From NCBI GenBank assembly GCA_026693065.1, contig JAPLNA010000206.1, forward strand, positions 1 through 62,494: DNA of 62,494 nucleotides. The letters are read 5' to 3'. Positions within the stretch are counted from its first letter, which is position 1. Each line of letters starts with the position of its first letter. The notes beneath the pieces were generated by a model. The model ran no database searches. It was not told the origin of the DNA and saw nothing but the letters and a program-made list of their open reading frames with translations. This document shows, piece after piece, positions 35,628-45,194 of the stretch. A program made the position numbers and the translations under genes. This DNA comes from Planctomycetota bacterium (lineage in GTDB: Bacteria; Planctomycetota; Phycisphaerae; SM23-33).

Positions 35628-36866
35628 GTGGCCTACCTGTACGATTCGGCCGGCGATGACACGCTGACGGCGTACCCGACCGTCGTCACTCTCGCCGGGT
35701 CCGGCGTCACGCTGGTGGCCAGCGGGTTCGACTCCGTGTTCGCCTATGCTACCGGCGGCGGGAACGACGTCGCGTACCTCTACGACTCCGAAGGCGACGA
35801 CGTCTTCAGCGCGTACCCCACCTACGCCACGATGGCCGGCGAGGGCTACCTCAACCGCGCCGACGGGTTCGACCGCGTCGACGGGTACTCCACCGCCGGC
35901 GGGACGGACACGGCGAGCCTGTACGACTCCGCCGGCGACGACAGCTTCGTCGCACACTCGGACTACGCCTACCTCTTCGGCGCGGGATTCTACAATCAGG
36001 CCAACGGGTTCGCCGCCGTCACGGGCTACGCCACGCGTGGGGCGGACACGGCGTGGTTCTACGACTCGGCCGGGGATGACGCCTTCGTTTCGCGGCCCGA
36101 CGGCGCCCAGATGACCGGCGAAGGCTTCGCCAACGTCGCCGTCGGTTTCCGGCGGGTGTCGGCGTACTCCTCCGGGGGCAGCGACACGGCGGCCCTCTAC
36201 GGCTTCCTCGGAACCAACCTATTCACCGCCCATGCCAACGACGCCACGATGGCCGGCAAGAGCGGGTGGGCGTATGCGTCGGCCTTCGCCTCGGTGACGG
36301 CCTACGGCACCAAGCGCGACGTGGCGTTCCTGTACGATTCGGCCGGGGACGACACGCTCACCGCCCGCCCGGACGGGGCCTGCCTGGCCGGCGAGGGTTT
36401 CGCCAACGCCGTCTCGGGCTTCGGGCGAGTCAACGCCTACGCCGCCGCCGGCGGGAACGACACCGCCAACTTCCAGGACTCTCTCGGCAACGACACCTTC
36501 ATCGCTCGGGCCGGGCTGGCCTCCATGGTCGGCCGGACCTTCAAGAACTACGCCTCCGGCTTCGAAACCAACCACGCCTTCTCCACCCACGGCGGGCTCG
36601 ACAAGGCCGCCCTCTACGACTCCCTCGGGGCCGACGCCTTCGTCGTCCGCAACGGCGTCTCGGCCATGACTACCGAGGCCGGCGTCCTCAGCGACGCCAC
36701 CGGTTTCGCCCGCGTCAAGGCCTACGGCAACCTCACCGGGCTGGACACGGCCTCGATCTTCGACACCCTCGGCGAGCAGGTCACCCGCCGCCGCACCGGT
36801 TTCACGGTCAAGGGCGTCAGTTTCTCCATTCAGGCCTCCGCGTTCCGCCAGATCAACGTCGCGTAA
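35628..36866 (+). CDS. Tandem 47-aa repeat region (YDSAGDD repeats), in frame with 33522-35306; repeat homology already starts at 35307
   Basis: About ten units, each containing GG.(N/T)D.A.LYDSAGDD(T/A/S)(L/F), and all in the frame of the upstream C25 gene. The first ATG after the TAG is at 35628. This is either a split gene or a separately translated remnant. Confidence 0.55.
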   Translation: MAYLYDSAGDDTLTAYPTVVTLAGSGVTLVASGFDSVFAYATGGGNDVAYLYDSEGDDVFSAYPTYATMAGEGYLNRADGFDRVDGYSTAGGTDTASLYDSAGDDSFVAHSDYAYLFGAGFYNQANGFAAVTGYATRGADTAWFYDSAGDDAFVSRPDGAQMTGEGFANVAVGFRRVSAYSSGGSDTAALYGFLGTNLFTAHANDATMAGKSGWAYASAFASVTAYGTKRDVAFLYDSAGDDTLTARPDGACLAGEGFANAVSGFGRVNAYAAAGGNDTANFQDSLGNDTFIARAGLASMVGRTFKNYASGFETNHAFSTHGGLDKAALYDSLGADAFVVRNGVSAMTTEAGVLSDATGFARVKAYGNLTGLDTASIFDTLGEQVTRRRTGFTVKGVSFSIQASAFRQINVA

Positions 36867-36870
36867 CGGC

Positions 36871-36986
36871 AAATCCGAAATCCGAAACTCAAAACAAGAC
36901 CGGCTACCGGCCGGCCGGGGGGTTTAGAGCATTGGTGTTTGTGTGTTTTGGATTTGTTTCGAGTTTCGAGTTTCGAGTTTCGGATT
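36871..36986. repeat. Inverted arrays of a short motif (TCCGAAA / TTTCGAG) after the repeat-protein stop
   Basis: Left arm AAATCCGAAATCCGAAACTCAAAACAA. Right arm TTGTTTCGAGTTTCGAGTTTCGAGTTTCGGATTT. The two are imperfectly complementary. Confidence 0.65.
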
Positions 36987-37056
36987 TTCCCCCCTGGGTT
37001 TCCCCCTTCCCCTGCCAATGCTAAGATACCCAACGGTTCCCGCAGGAAACTAACCC

Positions 37057-38040
37057 GTGCCCCCCGACGTGTTCTTCTACGAAGCGTTCGCCGAGGAAGC
37101 CGACGCCATCGGGCGTCTGCTGCCGCCGGGGCTTCGCGCCGAGCTGACCTGGCAGACCCCGCAGGAAGCCGGTCACACCGACCCGCCGGCCCGGGTTCTC
37201 AGCATCCGTACGCAGTCGCACATTCCCGCGGCCTGGGCCGGGCGGATCGACGCCGTCCTGGCCCGCTCCACCGGCTACGACCACATGCTCGCGCTGGCGC
37301 GGGAGTTTGCCCGGCCCGTCGCCCTGGGTTACCTGCCCCTCTACTGCGCCCGGGCCGTCGCCGAGCAGGCCATGCTCCTCTGGACCGCCCTCCTCCGCCG
37401 CCTGAGCCGGCAGATCCGTCAGTTCTCCACCTTCGCCCGGGATGGACTGACAGGCCTGGAGTGCAAAGGACGATGCGTCCTCGTCGTGGGCGTGGGGAAC
37501 ATCGGCAGCCAGGTGGTCCGCATCGCCCAGGGGCTGGAGATGTCCGCCCTGGGGGTGGACCTCGTCCGCCGGCACGAGTGCGTCCGGTACGTCTCGATCG
37601 AAGAGGGCCTGGCCCAGGCCGACGTCATCGTGTGCGCGATGAACCTCACCCCCGCCAACGCCGGGTACTTCGACTACGCCCGCCTGAGCGTCTGCCGCCC
37701 CGGTGCGGTGTTCGTGAACGTGGCCCGCGGCGAGCTGTCTCCCGCGGCCGACCTGCTCCGCCTGCTCCAGGAAGGCCGACTCGGCGGCGTCGGTCTGGAC
37801 GTCTACGAGGAGGAGAAGGCCCTCGCCGTCGCCCTCCGCCAGGGGGCCGGTCCGGCGGCGGGACACTCTCCCGCGATCGCGGCCACCCTCGCCCTGGCCG
37901 CCCGCCCCGACGTCATCCTCACCCCTCACAACGCCTTCAACACCCGCGAGTCCCTCGCCCGCAAAGCCGCCCAGAGCGTCGAAAGCGTCCTGCACTTCCT
38001 CAAGACCGGCGCGTTCCCCAACCCCGTCCCCAAGGAGTGA
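37057..38040 (+). CDS. D-isomer-specific 2-hydroxyacid dehydrogenase family protein
   Basis: GTG start. NAD-binding VVGVGNIGSQV, plus the typical VARGELS and TPHNAF motifs. Confidence 0.85.
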   Translation: MPPDVFFYEAFAEEADAIGRLLPPGLRAELTWQTPQEAGHTDPPARVLSIRTQSHIPAAWAGRIDAVLARSTGYDHMLALAREFARPVALGYLPLYCARAVAEQAMLLWTALLRRLSRQIRQFSTFARDGLTGLECKGRCVLVVGVGNIGSQVVRIAQGLEMSALGVDLVRRHECVRYVSIEEGLAQADVIVCAMNLTPANAGYFDYARLSVCRPGAVFVNVARGELSPAADLLRLLQEGRLGGVGLDVYEEEKALAVALRQGAGPAAGHSPAIAATLALAARPDVILTPHNAFNTRESLARKAAQSVESVLHFLKTGAFPNPVPKE

Positions 38041-38047
38041 AACAGGC

Positions 38048-38413
38048 ATGGTATCCGTTCGAGTCGTCATCAAATGGTTGCTCCTGGCCGTCATCGTTCT
38101 GCTGCTCGGCATGGGAACATGGCGTTGGATGAATCCGACCTCCGATGCCTACTCGAAATCCGACTCACCTGACGGAAGGTATCGCTGCGCCATCTTCGAT
38201 GACTTGTCTGAGTGCCGCTTCGCCCTCTTTGAGAACGGCTGGCGTTGGCGCGAGCTGCCCGGCGAGCGAGGCAGGATATCCCGTGACAGCGTGGGTTTTC
38301 ACGATATCCAATACACCTGGACCGGCGAGCAGGTCAGGGTGACCGGCAGGACCGGCGGCGCCACCGAGACGGTGACCGGGCGGATCGCGGACGGCAGACA
38401 GGTCTGGAAGTGA
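38048..38413 (+). CDS. Hypothetical membrane-anchored protein (121 aa)
   Basis: N-terminal hydrophobic anchor VVIKWLLLAVIVLLLGMG. Lies 7 nt after the dehydrogenase stop. No motif recognised. Confidence 0.45.
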   Translation: MVSVRVVIKWLLLAVIVLLLGMGTWRWMNPTSDAYSKSDSPDGRYRCAIFDDLSECRFALFENGWRWRELPGERGRISRDSVGFHDIQYTWTGEQVRVTGRTGGATETVTGRIADGRQVWK

Positions 38414-38586
38414 ACGCGGGGATGGTTCCGTGCCCGCCGCCCCACCGAGCAAGGGCTATCGTCGCGGGGGTTTGTTGCCGATAAGAACGGTGTCGTGGTT
38501 CGCGGGGCCGATGCGCCGCCCCTGCGACCGGGCCGGCTGTGGCGCCGGACCGGACTCACGCGTGGCGCTGTGCCGAGGACACTGAC

Positions 38587-39123
38587 ATGACATGCAACCG
38601 CGGTTGGCTGCTGAGCCTCTTGGCGCCGGCGCTCCTGGCGCCGGCGGGGATGCTGAGTTCGTGCGTCGAGACGACCCAGGCGGAGAAGATGGGCCTGCCC
38701 ACCCCGGCGGCCACCGCCGTGCTGGAGGCCTTCCCCGGCGCGATCATCGTCGAGCACGCCGTCACGACCGAGGCGGCGAGGGCGAAGATCTACACCGCCA
38801 GGTTCTACGCCGACGGGTTGGTTCGCCACGTTTCGGTGACGGGCGACGGGATTCTTATCTCCGTGCAGGAAACCGTCCCCCTGACGCAGTTGCCCACCCC
38901 GGCGGTGGCGGCGATCGGCCAGGCCGCCGGCGTGAGCGAGGTCGTCAAGCAGGACGTGTACGCGGAGGTTCACGACGGGCAGCTCGTCGCCAAACCCAAG
39001 CCGCAGACGGTGTACGACGTGCGGCTGGTTCACGAGGGGGCCAAGGGCACGCTGGAAGTGGCCCCGGACGGAACGGTGCTCGAGGGCCCGGACTGGGACC
39101 GCCCCGCGGACAAGGCGCCCTGA
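38587..39123 (+). CDS. Putative lipoprotein (PepSY-like beta-lactamase-inhibitor-fold repeats?)
   Basis: MTCNRGWLLSLLAPALLAPAGMLSSC has a lipobox-like LSSC. Two similar halves (AVLEAFPGAIIVEH... and AAIGQAAGVSEVVKQD...) are present. The family assignment is tentative. Confidence 0.5.
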   Translation: MTCNRGWLLSLLAPALLAPAGMLSSCVETTQAEKMGLPTPAATAVLEAFPGAIIVEHAVTTEAARAKIYTARFYADGLVRHVSVTGDGILISVQETVPLTQLPTPAVAAIGQAAGVSEVVKQDVYAEVHDGQLVAKPKPQTVYDVRLVHEGAKGTLEVAPDGTVLEGPDWDRPADKAP

Positions 39124-39137
39124 AAGGTGGCCTGACC

Positions 39138-39857
39138 ATGCTGGCCAGTCTGACATCGCACTTCCTGCTGTACGACGTGCCCGAGCCGGTGAGTTCGATC
39201 CTCCGGTTGGTGGCGGCCGCTCTCCTGGGCGGACTCATCGGGGCCGAACGCGAACACCATGGCCGCTCCGCCGGGCTGCGAACCCAGTTGCTCGTCGCCT
39301 TGGGCTCGTGCCTGGCGATGATCGTCAGCCTGCACTTCGAGACGGTGTACGGGCAGGCGACGAGCAATTCCACCGTCCGCGTCGACCCGGGGCGGGTCGC
39401 CTACAGCGTCATGGGCGGCATCGGGTTTCTGGGCGCGGGGGCCATCGTGTACTACGGCACGGGCATTCGCGGGCTGACCACCGCGGCGGCCCTCTGGTGC
39501 AACGCCGCGATCGGGCTGGCCTGCGGGTTCGGCATGCTGGACGTCGCCGCGGCGGCTACGGCCATCGTCGTCCTCGTCCTGATGGCCCTGGTCGGCTTCG
39601 ACCGCTTCATCACCACCGAGTGGTATCGCTCGATCTCGTTCACCCTCCCGTTCACCGGCAAGTGCCGGGCCGACGAACTGGAACAACTGCTTCGGGCCCG
39701 GGGGTTCAAGATCCTCACCACCGAACACGTCCAGGACCGCGCCGCGGGCGTGCAGAGCATTACGTTCCACACGTCGGTTTCCTCTCGCGGCCGCCCCGCC
39801 GACCTGACCAACCGGCTGGATGACATCCCCGACCTCATTAAACTCAGCGTCAAGTAG
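39138..39857 (+). CDS. mgtC: MgtC/SapB-family membrane protein with a C-terminal soluble domain
   Basis: RLVAAALLGGLIGAEREHHGRSAGLRTQLLVALGSCL and GIGFLGAG are MgtC family signatures. Confidence 0.8.
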   Translation: MLASLTSHFLLYDVPEPVSSILRLVAAALLGGLIGAEREHHGRSAGLRTQLLVALGSCLAMIVSLHFETVYGQATSNSTVRVDPGRVAYSVMGGIGFLGAGAIVYYGTGIRGLTTAAALWCNAAIGLACGFGMLDVAAAATAIVVLVLMALVGFDRFITTEWYRSISFTLPFTGKCRADELEQLLRARGFKILTTEHVQDRAAGVQSITFHTSVSSRGRPADLTNRLDDIPDLIKLSVK

Positions 39858-39866
39858 AGGCCGGGC

Positions 39867-41393
39867 TCACTCCGCCGGCGAGGCCAACTCGCCCGTGACT
39901 TCGATGGGGAAGGGCTCGGTGAAGAGCCCGGGCAGGAGGAAGACGGCGGAGGCGTCGTCGGCGAGTCCGACGTTCCGGACGACGCGCCCGGCGGTCTGAA
40001 CGCTCACGTCGCCCCGCCACGGACCGGCGACGCGGAAGGCGGGATTGAGCAGCCCCTCGCGTCCCGGGGTGACGGTGAAGCGGCAGTTGCCTCCCGGGGC
40101 CGCGGCGAGAAAGTAACACCCCTGCGACTCATCGAACCCGTCTCGCCCCGCGTCGCCGGGGGCGAAGAGGTCCTTGCGGCCCAGCGCGATCTCCACCGGC
40201 GCGGGGCGAAGATAATTGGCCCCAAGGACCTCCCCGCGCGCGACCGCGGCGGGCAGGAGGTACTGCCACAGGCCCACGGGCCCGCGGAAAGGCGAGAGGA
40301 GCAGTTCCTCGCGTTGGTCCAGCCCCGCCCACGCCGCCGGGCCGGGCGAACGCAGGCGGATGGCGCCCAGCTCCAGCCCGCCGGCATTGTTGAGCTCGAT
40401 GCTGGTGGCGCATCGTCCGTCGGCCCAGAGGGTGTGCTCGATGGCCAGGCGGCGGACGGACAGCGACAACCATTCTCCCCCTCGGGTGGGGAAGAACCAC
40501 GTGTTCCGCAGGCGGACGCGGGCGAGGTTGTGTTCCAGGACGTCGCAGACGCCCACGCGGCGCGCGCCGAGGCGTTCGAGGCTCTCGCCGATGGTCGCGG
40601 GCGCTCGCCCGGGGGCGGACACCGCGACGGTCGGACGCAACGCCCCTTCGCGCCAGAGGGCGTCGTCGCTCTGACGAATGTCGATGCGGCGGGCGGGATT
40701 GGGCAGGATCAACTGGTAGTCCAGTCCGTCCTTCCGCAGGCGGAACCCCGCCGGCACGGGGGCCAGGTATCGCGCGTTGTCGATCAGGATCACGTCGTCC
40801 AGGACGAAACGGACGCCCTCGGGGGCTTCCTCGAAGGACAACTTCATCGTGCGGACGCTGTGGATGTCGAAGTTCGGCTCGGCCGCCAGACGGCGGATGT
40901 CGATCAGCACGTTGTTCCAGCCGGGCCCGACGAGGGTGCGGCGGCTCTTCCAGGAGGCCTTGTCGCTGGTGAGTTCGACGCGGAGGTCGTCGCGGGTGGC
41001 CTCGACGTGGACGGCCAGGGCGAGCAGGGCGTAGCCGGTGAAGTCGTGGATGTGCGGGACCGTCATGACGAGATTGGTGTCGGGGGGCAGGAGGACCTCG
41101 AGGGCCCCGGCGCCGGTGCGGGTGACGTTGACGGCGAAGGCCGCCCGGGCCGACGCACGCGAGGGAGAGAAGCTGAACAGGCTCACCTGCCCGAACCCGC
41201 GGGCCCCCTCGGGGGCGTCTTCAAAGTCCACCAGGGAGACGAACCGTTTGGTAACGGTCTCGGGATAGATCCTTGCCTGCTGGAGGGCGAGGGGCTCCAT
41301 GACAGGCCCCGCCGGGCCCGAGGCCGGGCGCGGCTCGGCGACCGGGCAGCCGGAGGCAAGAAACAGGATCGTAAGCAGGGCTGCGCGTTTCAT
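39867..41393 (-). CDS. Hypothetical lipoprotein (508 aa)
   Basis: MKRAALLTILFLASGC lipobox signal. Composition is balanced. No motif recognised. Confidence 0.55.
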   Translation of the reverse strand: MKRAALLTILFLASGCPVAEPRPASGPAGPVMEPLALQQARIYPETVTKRFVSLVDFEDAPEGARGFGQVSLFSFSPSRASARAAFAVNVTRTGAGALEVLLPPDTNLVMTVPHIHDFTGYALLALAVHVEATRDDLRVELTSDKASWKSRRTLVGPGWNNVLIDIRRLAAEPNFDIHSVRTMKLSFEEAPEGVRFVLDDVILIDNARYLAPVPAGFRLRKDGLDYQLILPNPARRIDIRQSDDALWREGALRPTVAVSAPGRAPATIGESLERLGARRVGVCDVLEHNLARVRLRNTWFFPTRGGEWLSLSVRRLAIEHTLWADGRCATSIELNNAGGLELGAIRLRSPGPAAWAGLDQREELLLSPFRGPVGLWQYLLPAAVARGEVLGANYLRPAPVEIALGRKDLFAPGDAGRDGFDESQGCYFLAAAPGGNCRFTVTPGREGLLNPAFRVAGPWRGDVSVQTAGRVVRNVGLADDASAVFLLPGLFTEPFPIEVTGELASPAE

Positions 41394-41486
41394 GGTCCGG
41401 TGGCGCCGGGCCGCTGGCGCCCTGGGGCGGCGCATACGCGCCGCCCGACTCGTCGGCTACGTCCGTCCGAACCCCGAGTCCGGGGT

Positions 41487-44400
41487 TCAGCGCACGGTTA
41501 CGTGCGTTTCGTCCTGCCCGGTCAACGTCGGGCGGAAGAGCATCCTCGGCCCCAGCAGCAACGGGCTGGCGATGGCGATCGAGGAGTAGGTGCCGAAGAC
41601 GATACCGACGAGGAGGGCGTAGTTGAACCCGTGGATGCCCGCCCCGCCGAAGACGTACATGACGGCAACGACGACCAGGGTGGCCGCCGAGGTCAGGATC
41701 GTCCGGGAGAGGGTCTGGTTGATCGAAACGTTGATCAACTTGGGGGTGACGGTAGTCAACTTGCCGCGGTTCTCGCGGATCCGGTCGAAGACGACGATGG
41801 TGTCGTTGACCGAGTAGCCGATCATCGTCAGGACGGCGGCGACCATGACCATGTCGATCTTGAAGGCCGCGTCGATTCCCAGGGCCTTGCCGATCAGCGT
41901 GGTCGACAGGAAGGCCGACACGGCCACCATGCCGACGGTAATGATGGTGTCGTGGATCAGGGCCACCACGGCGCCCAGGCCCCATGCCATCGAGCCGAAC
42001 CGCAGCCACAGGTACGCCACGATCCCCACCCAGCTCAGAACAATGGCAATGACGGCCCGCTGAACGGATTCGCCGGCCATCGCCGCGTCGAACGCGGTGA
42101 TCGGAATGGCCTCGGGACGAGTCAGAGCCAGGGCCAGGCCCCTGGCTTCGTCCTGCGCCATGGAGGTCAGCCCTTTTTCATCGATCTGCCCGCCGGAGGT
42201 GACCGCCACGGCAAAGCTGGTGCAAACGTCCTTTCGGCCGGGCACTCGCGTCAGCGGGAAGACCTCGAACTGGTTGGTGGCGATGGCGTTCATGTCCGGC
42301 TGGCGGCGGATGGTACGGATACGGTCGTTCAGTTCGGCCTCGGAAATGGCGGGCGTGACGTTCTGAACGGCCAGCAACAGGCCGCCGGCGTGGTAGCGGA
42401 GGCGGGCGTTGCCCCGCGCGACTTCGGTCGTGATGGGCGCCCAGCCCCAGGCGGCATAGTCCTTCTCCAGCTTCTTGCTCAGGGCAAGGTTCATCACGAC
42501 GGCATCGGAACCGGCGGGCGTGAACTCGCAGGCCAGCCGCTGGACCAGGGCGCCGCCGAAGGCCTTGGTGACCGCCTCGCGAACGGCCCGGGGGCTCATC
42601 TCGGTCGTCATGACCTGGTAATCGCTGGAGGGCATGGCTCGGACTTCGTCGGCGTCCAGGACGCCGTCGCCGTTCTTGTCGTACTGGTCATCGAAGACCT
42701 TGGGGTCAGATCCGGCCTTTTCCCATTCGGCTCGCTGGACCTTGTGGTCCGTCACCCCGTCGGCCTTGCCGTCGTAGGCCGCCAGGAGATCGTTCAGGCG
42801 ATTGGGGTTCTGGACGAGTTCGACCTTGGCGGTGTCGGCCAGCAGGGAGAGCTTGAGCTCCTTGGCGGCGTCCTTGAGCCGCGATTCGACCAGGCCGTCG
42901 CTGAGACGCTTGCCCCCCAGGAGGGCGTCGTCGCGGAACTGGATGGTGGCCTTCGTGCCCGCGGAGAACTCGATGCCCAGGACGTTCGTGCCCTCCCGCG
43001 CCAGGGCCACCATCCCGATCACCCCGACAACGATCGACACCCCCCAGAACAGAAACCGCTTGCCGATCCAGTCGACGTTCGGCACGCCGATCAACTTCAG
43101 CATGACCATCGGCTTCTTCAGCAGGCCCAGCCGCAGCATGCCCTCGAAGATCCACCGCGTCACGACCAGGGCGGTGAACATGCTGAACACCAGCCCCACG
43201 CCCAGCGTGATGGCGAACCCGCGGACTTCCACCGAACCGATCCAGCCGAGGATCACGCTGGTGATCAGCGTGGTCAGGTTGGAGTCGAAAATGGCGCTGA
43301 AGGCCCGCTCGTAGGCGTTCTTGATGGCCTGGCGGATGGGCAGGCCCTTGGCCTGCTCCTCGCGAAGCCGCTCATAGATCAGCACGTTGGCGTCCACGGC
43401 CATGCCCATCGTCAGGATCAACCCGGCGATGCCCGCCATCGTCATCGTGACGTTCATCATGCTCATGAAGCCCAGCGTGAGGATCAGGTTGAGCACGACG
43501 GCGGCGTCGGCGAGGGTGCCGGGCAGCAGATAGTAGACCAACATGAACGCACACACCGCCACCAGCCCCCAGATCGCCGCCCGCATGCCGGCCTCGCGGT
43601 TGACCTGCCCCAGCGACGGGCCGAAACTGTTCTCCGCCACCGGTTCGGGCACGAGCTTGGCCGGCAGGGAACCGGCCGTCAGGATGCGGACGAGGTCGTC
43701 GACTTCCTTTTCGCTGAACCGCCCGGTGATCTGCCCGCTGGCATGAATGGTGGACTGGATGGTCGGGGCGGAGTAGACCTCGTCGTCCAGCAGAATGGCC
43801 ATGTGGGCGCCCAGGTTTTCCTTGTTGGGGCCCTTGATCCGCTCGCCGTTGTACTCGCCCGTCAGGGCGGACATCTTGTTGGCCCCGGCGGCATCCATGG
43901 TGAAATCGACGGCCGGTCGCATGAACTGGTCGCCGCCGCGGTTGGCCTTGGCCAGCGCCCACGGCTCGCCCCCCTGCTCCTTGACGATCTTCTGCCCGTC
44001 CCTGTTGCTCAGCAGCACGTACATCGTGTCGCGCGGGCCGCTGGCCACGATCAGCCCCCCGCCCAGTTCCTCCCGCTTGCGGATCGGGAACCAGATGTAC
44101 CTGCTGTCTTTCTGCTTGACCAGTTGATCGGGCGATTCGTCCTTCAGCTTCTTGAGGAGCGGTTGCAGTTCCTCGTTCGAGACGACCAGGTCGCTCTTGG
44201 GATTGCTCAGCCCGAACGGACTGTTGGGTCCGTACGGCGCGATCCGGAACTCCAGCACGCCGACCTTGGAGATGATCCGCTTCAGGTCCGCCGGGTCGTC
44301 CAGTTCCCGCCGCGTATCCAGCCACGTCTTCCACAACGCGACGACCTTTTCAATGTCCGCCTTGCGATCCGGGTGCTCCGCCCGCAGATCGTCCAGCCGC

Positions 44401-45194
44401 TGGGCGAATTCCTTATCCCGCTTGTCGAGTTCTTCCTTCCCGTCGGCGGTCTTGGCCAACTCGGTCCGCTCGCGCGGGGGCAGGTAGTTGCCCAGCATCG
44501 CCTGCAGGGCCGCCGGACGGATCTGCTTGGCCTCCACCATCTCCGTCACGCCCCGCTTCCGATCGGCGCCCTCGCCGGGCTGCCCCTGAAGAAGCACGTG
44601 ATAGACGGGTTGAAGGTTGATGGCCTCCTTCTCCGCCTGCTCCCGCAGGGCGGCCGTCGGGGCGGTCTTGGCCAGTTTCTCCGCCGCCGTCAACTGGCGA
44701 TACGTCTGCGCCAGCTCTTTCAACGCCGTCACCAGCGCCGCGTCGGGCCCAGCGACCTTGGCGATCAACTCCTCGCATCGCGGCGGCAGGGGCGAGCCGG
44801 GGGCCGAAGCCGCCGCCTCGGCCTGAAGCTCCAGCACGTCACCGAACTGAACGTTCTTCTTCAACAAGGCCTCGGAGGCCTGCACGTACTCGTTCTTGGC
44901 CTTTTCCACCTCCGGGGCGGCCGCTCGCATGCGCACCTCGAACCGGTCCGGACCCAGCGGCGTCCATTCCAGGTTCAGCAGCCCCCACGGGTCCACGCGC
45001 TCCTTCAGCACGTTGATCATCCGCGTGGACAGATCGCTCGGAGAGTTCTCGTCCGTCTGGCACTTGTACGTCAGGCTGTAGCCGCCTCGAAGGTCGATGC
45101 CCTGGTTCAGGCCTCGATAGAAGACCATCACCAGGCAAATCACGACCATGACGATCAGCGAGGCAAACCGCACGAGCAGGTTCTTGTTTTCCAT
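41487..45194 (-). CDS. secDF: Fused protein-export membrane protein SecDF with an expanded periplasmic region
   Basis: INQGIDLRGGYSL at the N-terminus, SecD TM block (GIAGLILTMGMAVDANVLIYERLREE) and SecF TM block (TIGYSVNDTIVVFDRIREN). Product is 1235 aa. Confidence 0.9.
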   Translation of the reverse strand: MENKNLLVRFASLIVMVVICLVMVFYRGLNQGIDLRGGYSLTYKCQTDENSPSDLSTRMINVLKERVDPWGLLNLEWTPLGPDRFEVRMRAAAPEVEKAKNEYVQASEALLKKNVQFGDVLELQAEAAASAPGSPLPPRCEELIAKVAGPDAALVTALKELAQTYRQLTAAEKLAKTAPTAALREQAEKEAINLQPVYHVLLQGQPGEGADRKRGVTEMVEAKQIRPAALQAMLGNYLPPRERTELAKTADGKEELDKRDKEFAQRLDDLRAEHPDRKADIEKVVALWKTWLDTRRELDDPADLKRIISKVGVLEFRIAPYGPNSPFGLSNPKSDLVVSNEELQPLLKKLKDESPDQLVKQKDSRYIWFPIRKREELGGGLIVASGPRDTMYVLLSNRDGQKIVKEQGGEPWALAKANRGGDQFMRPAVDFTMDAAGANKMSALTGEYNGERIKGPNKENLGAHMAILLDDEVYSAPTIQSTIHASGQITGRFSEKEVDDLVRILTAGSLPAKLVPEPVAENSFGPSLGQVNREAGMRAAIWGLVAVCAFMLVYYLLPGTLADAAVVLNLILTLGFMSMMNVTMTMAGIAGLILTMGMAVDANVLIYERLREEQAKGLPIRQAIKNAYERAFSAIFDSNLTTLITSVILGWIGSVEVRGFAITLGVGLVFSMFTALVVTRWIFEGMLRLGLLKKPMVMLKLIGVPNVDWIGKRFLFWGVSIVVGVIGMVALAREGTNVLGIEFSAGTKATIQFRDDALLGGKRLSDGLVESRLKDAAKELKLSLLADTAKVELVQNPNRLNDLLAAYDGKADGVTDHKVQRAEWEKAGSDPKVFDDQYDKNGDGVLDADEVRAMPSSDYQVMTTEMSPRAVREAVTKAFGGALVQRLACEFTPAGSDAVVMNLALSKKLEKDYAAWGWAPITTEVARGNARLRYHAGGLLLAVQNVTPAISEAELNDRIRTIRRQPDMNAIATNQFEVFPLTRVPGRKDVCTSFAVAVTSGGQIDEKGLTSMAQDEARGLALALTRPEAIPITAFDAAMAGESVQRAVIAIVLSWVGIVAYLWLRFGSMAWGLGAVVALIHDTIITVGMVAVSAFLSTTLIGKALGIDAAFKIDMVMVAAVLTMIGYSVNDTIVVFDRIRENRGKLTTVTPKLINVSINQTLSRTILTSAATLVVVAVMYVFGGAGIHGFNYALLVGIVFGTYSSIAIASPLLLGPRMLFRPTLTGQDETHVTVR

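Noticed and set aside
36871-36986. CRISPR array candidates among the short-motif arrays (also 22329-22509, 32611-32813 and 52385-52505)
   Set aside because: The repeat units are only 5-8 nt long and abut each other without spacers of 25-40 nt. The two halves are inverted copies of each other. No cas genes are present in the window.
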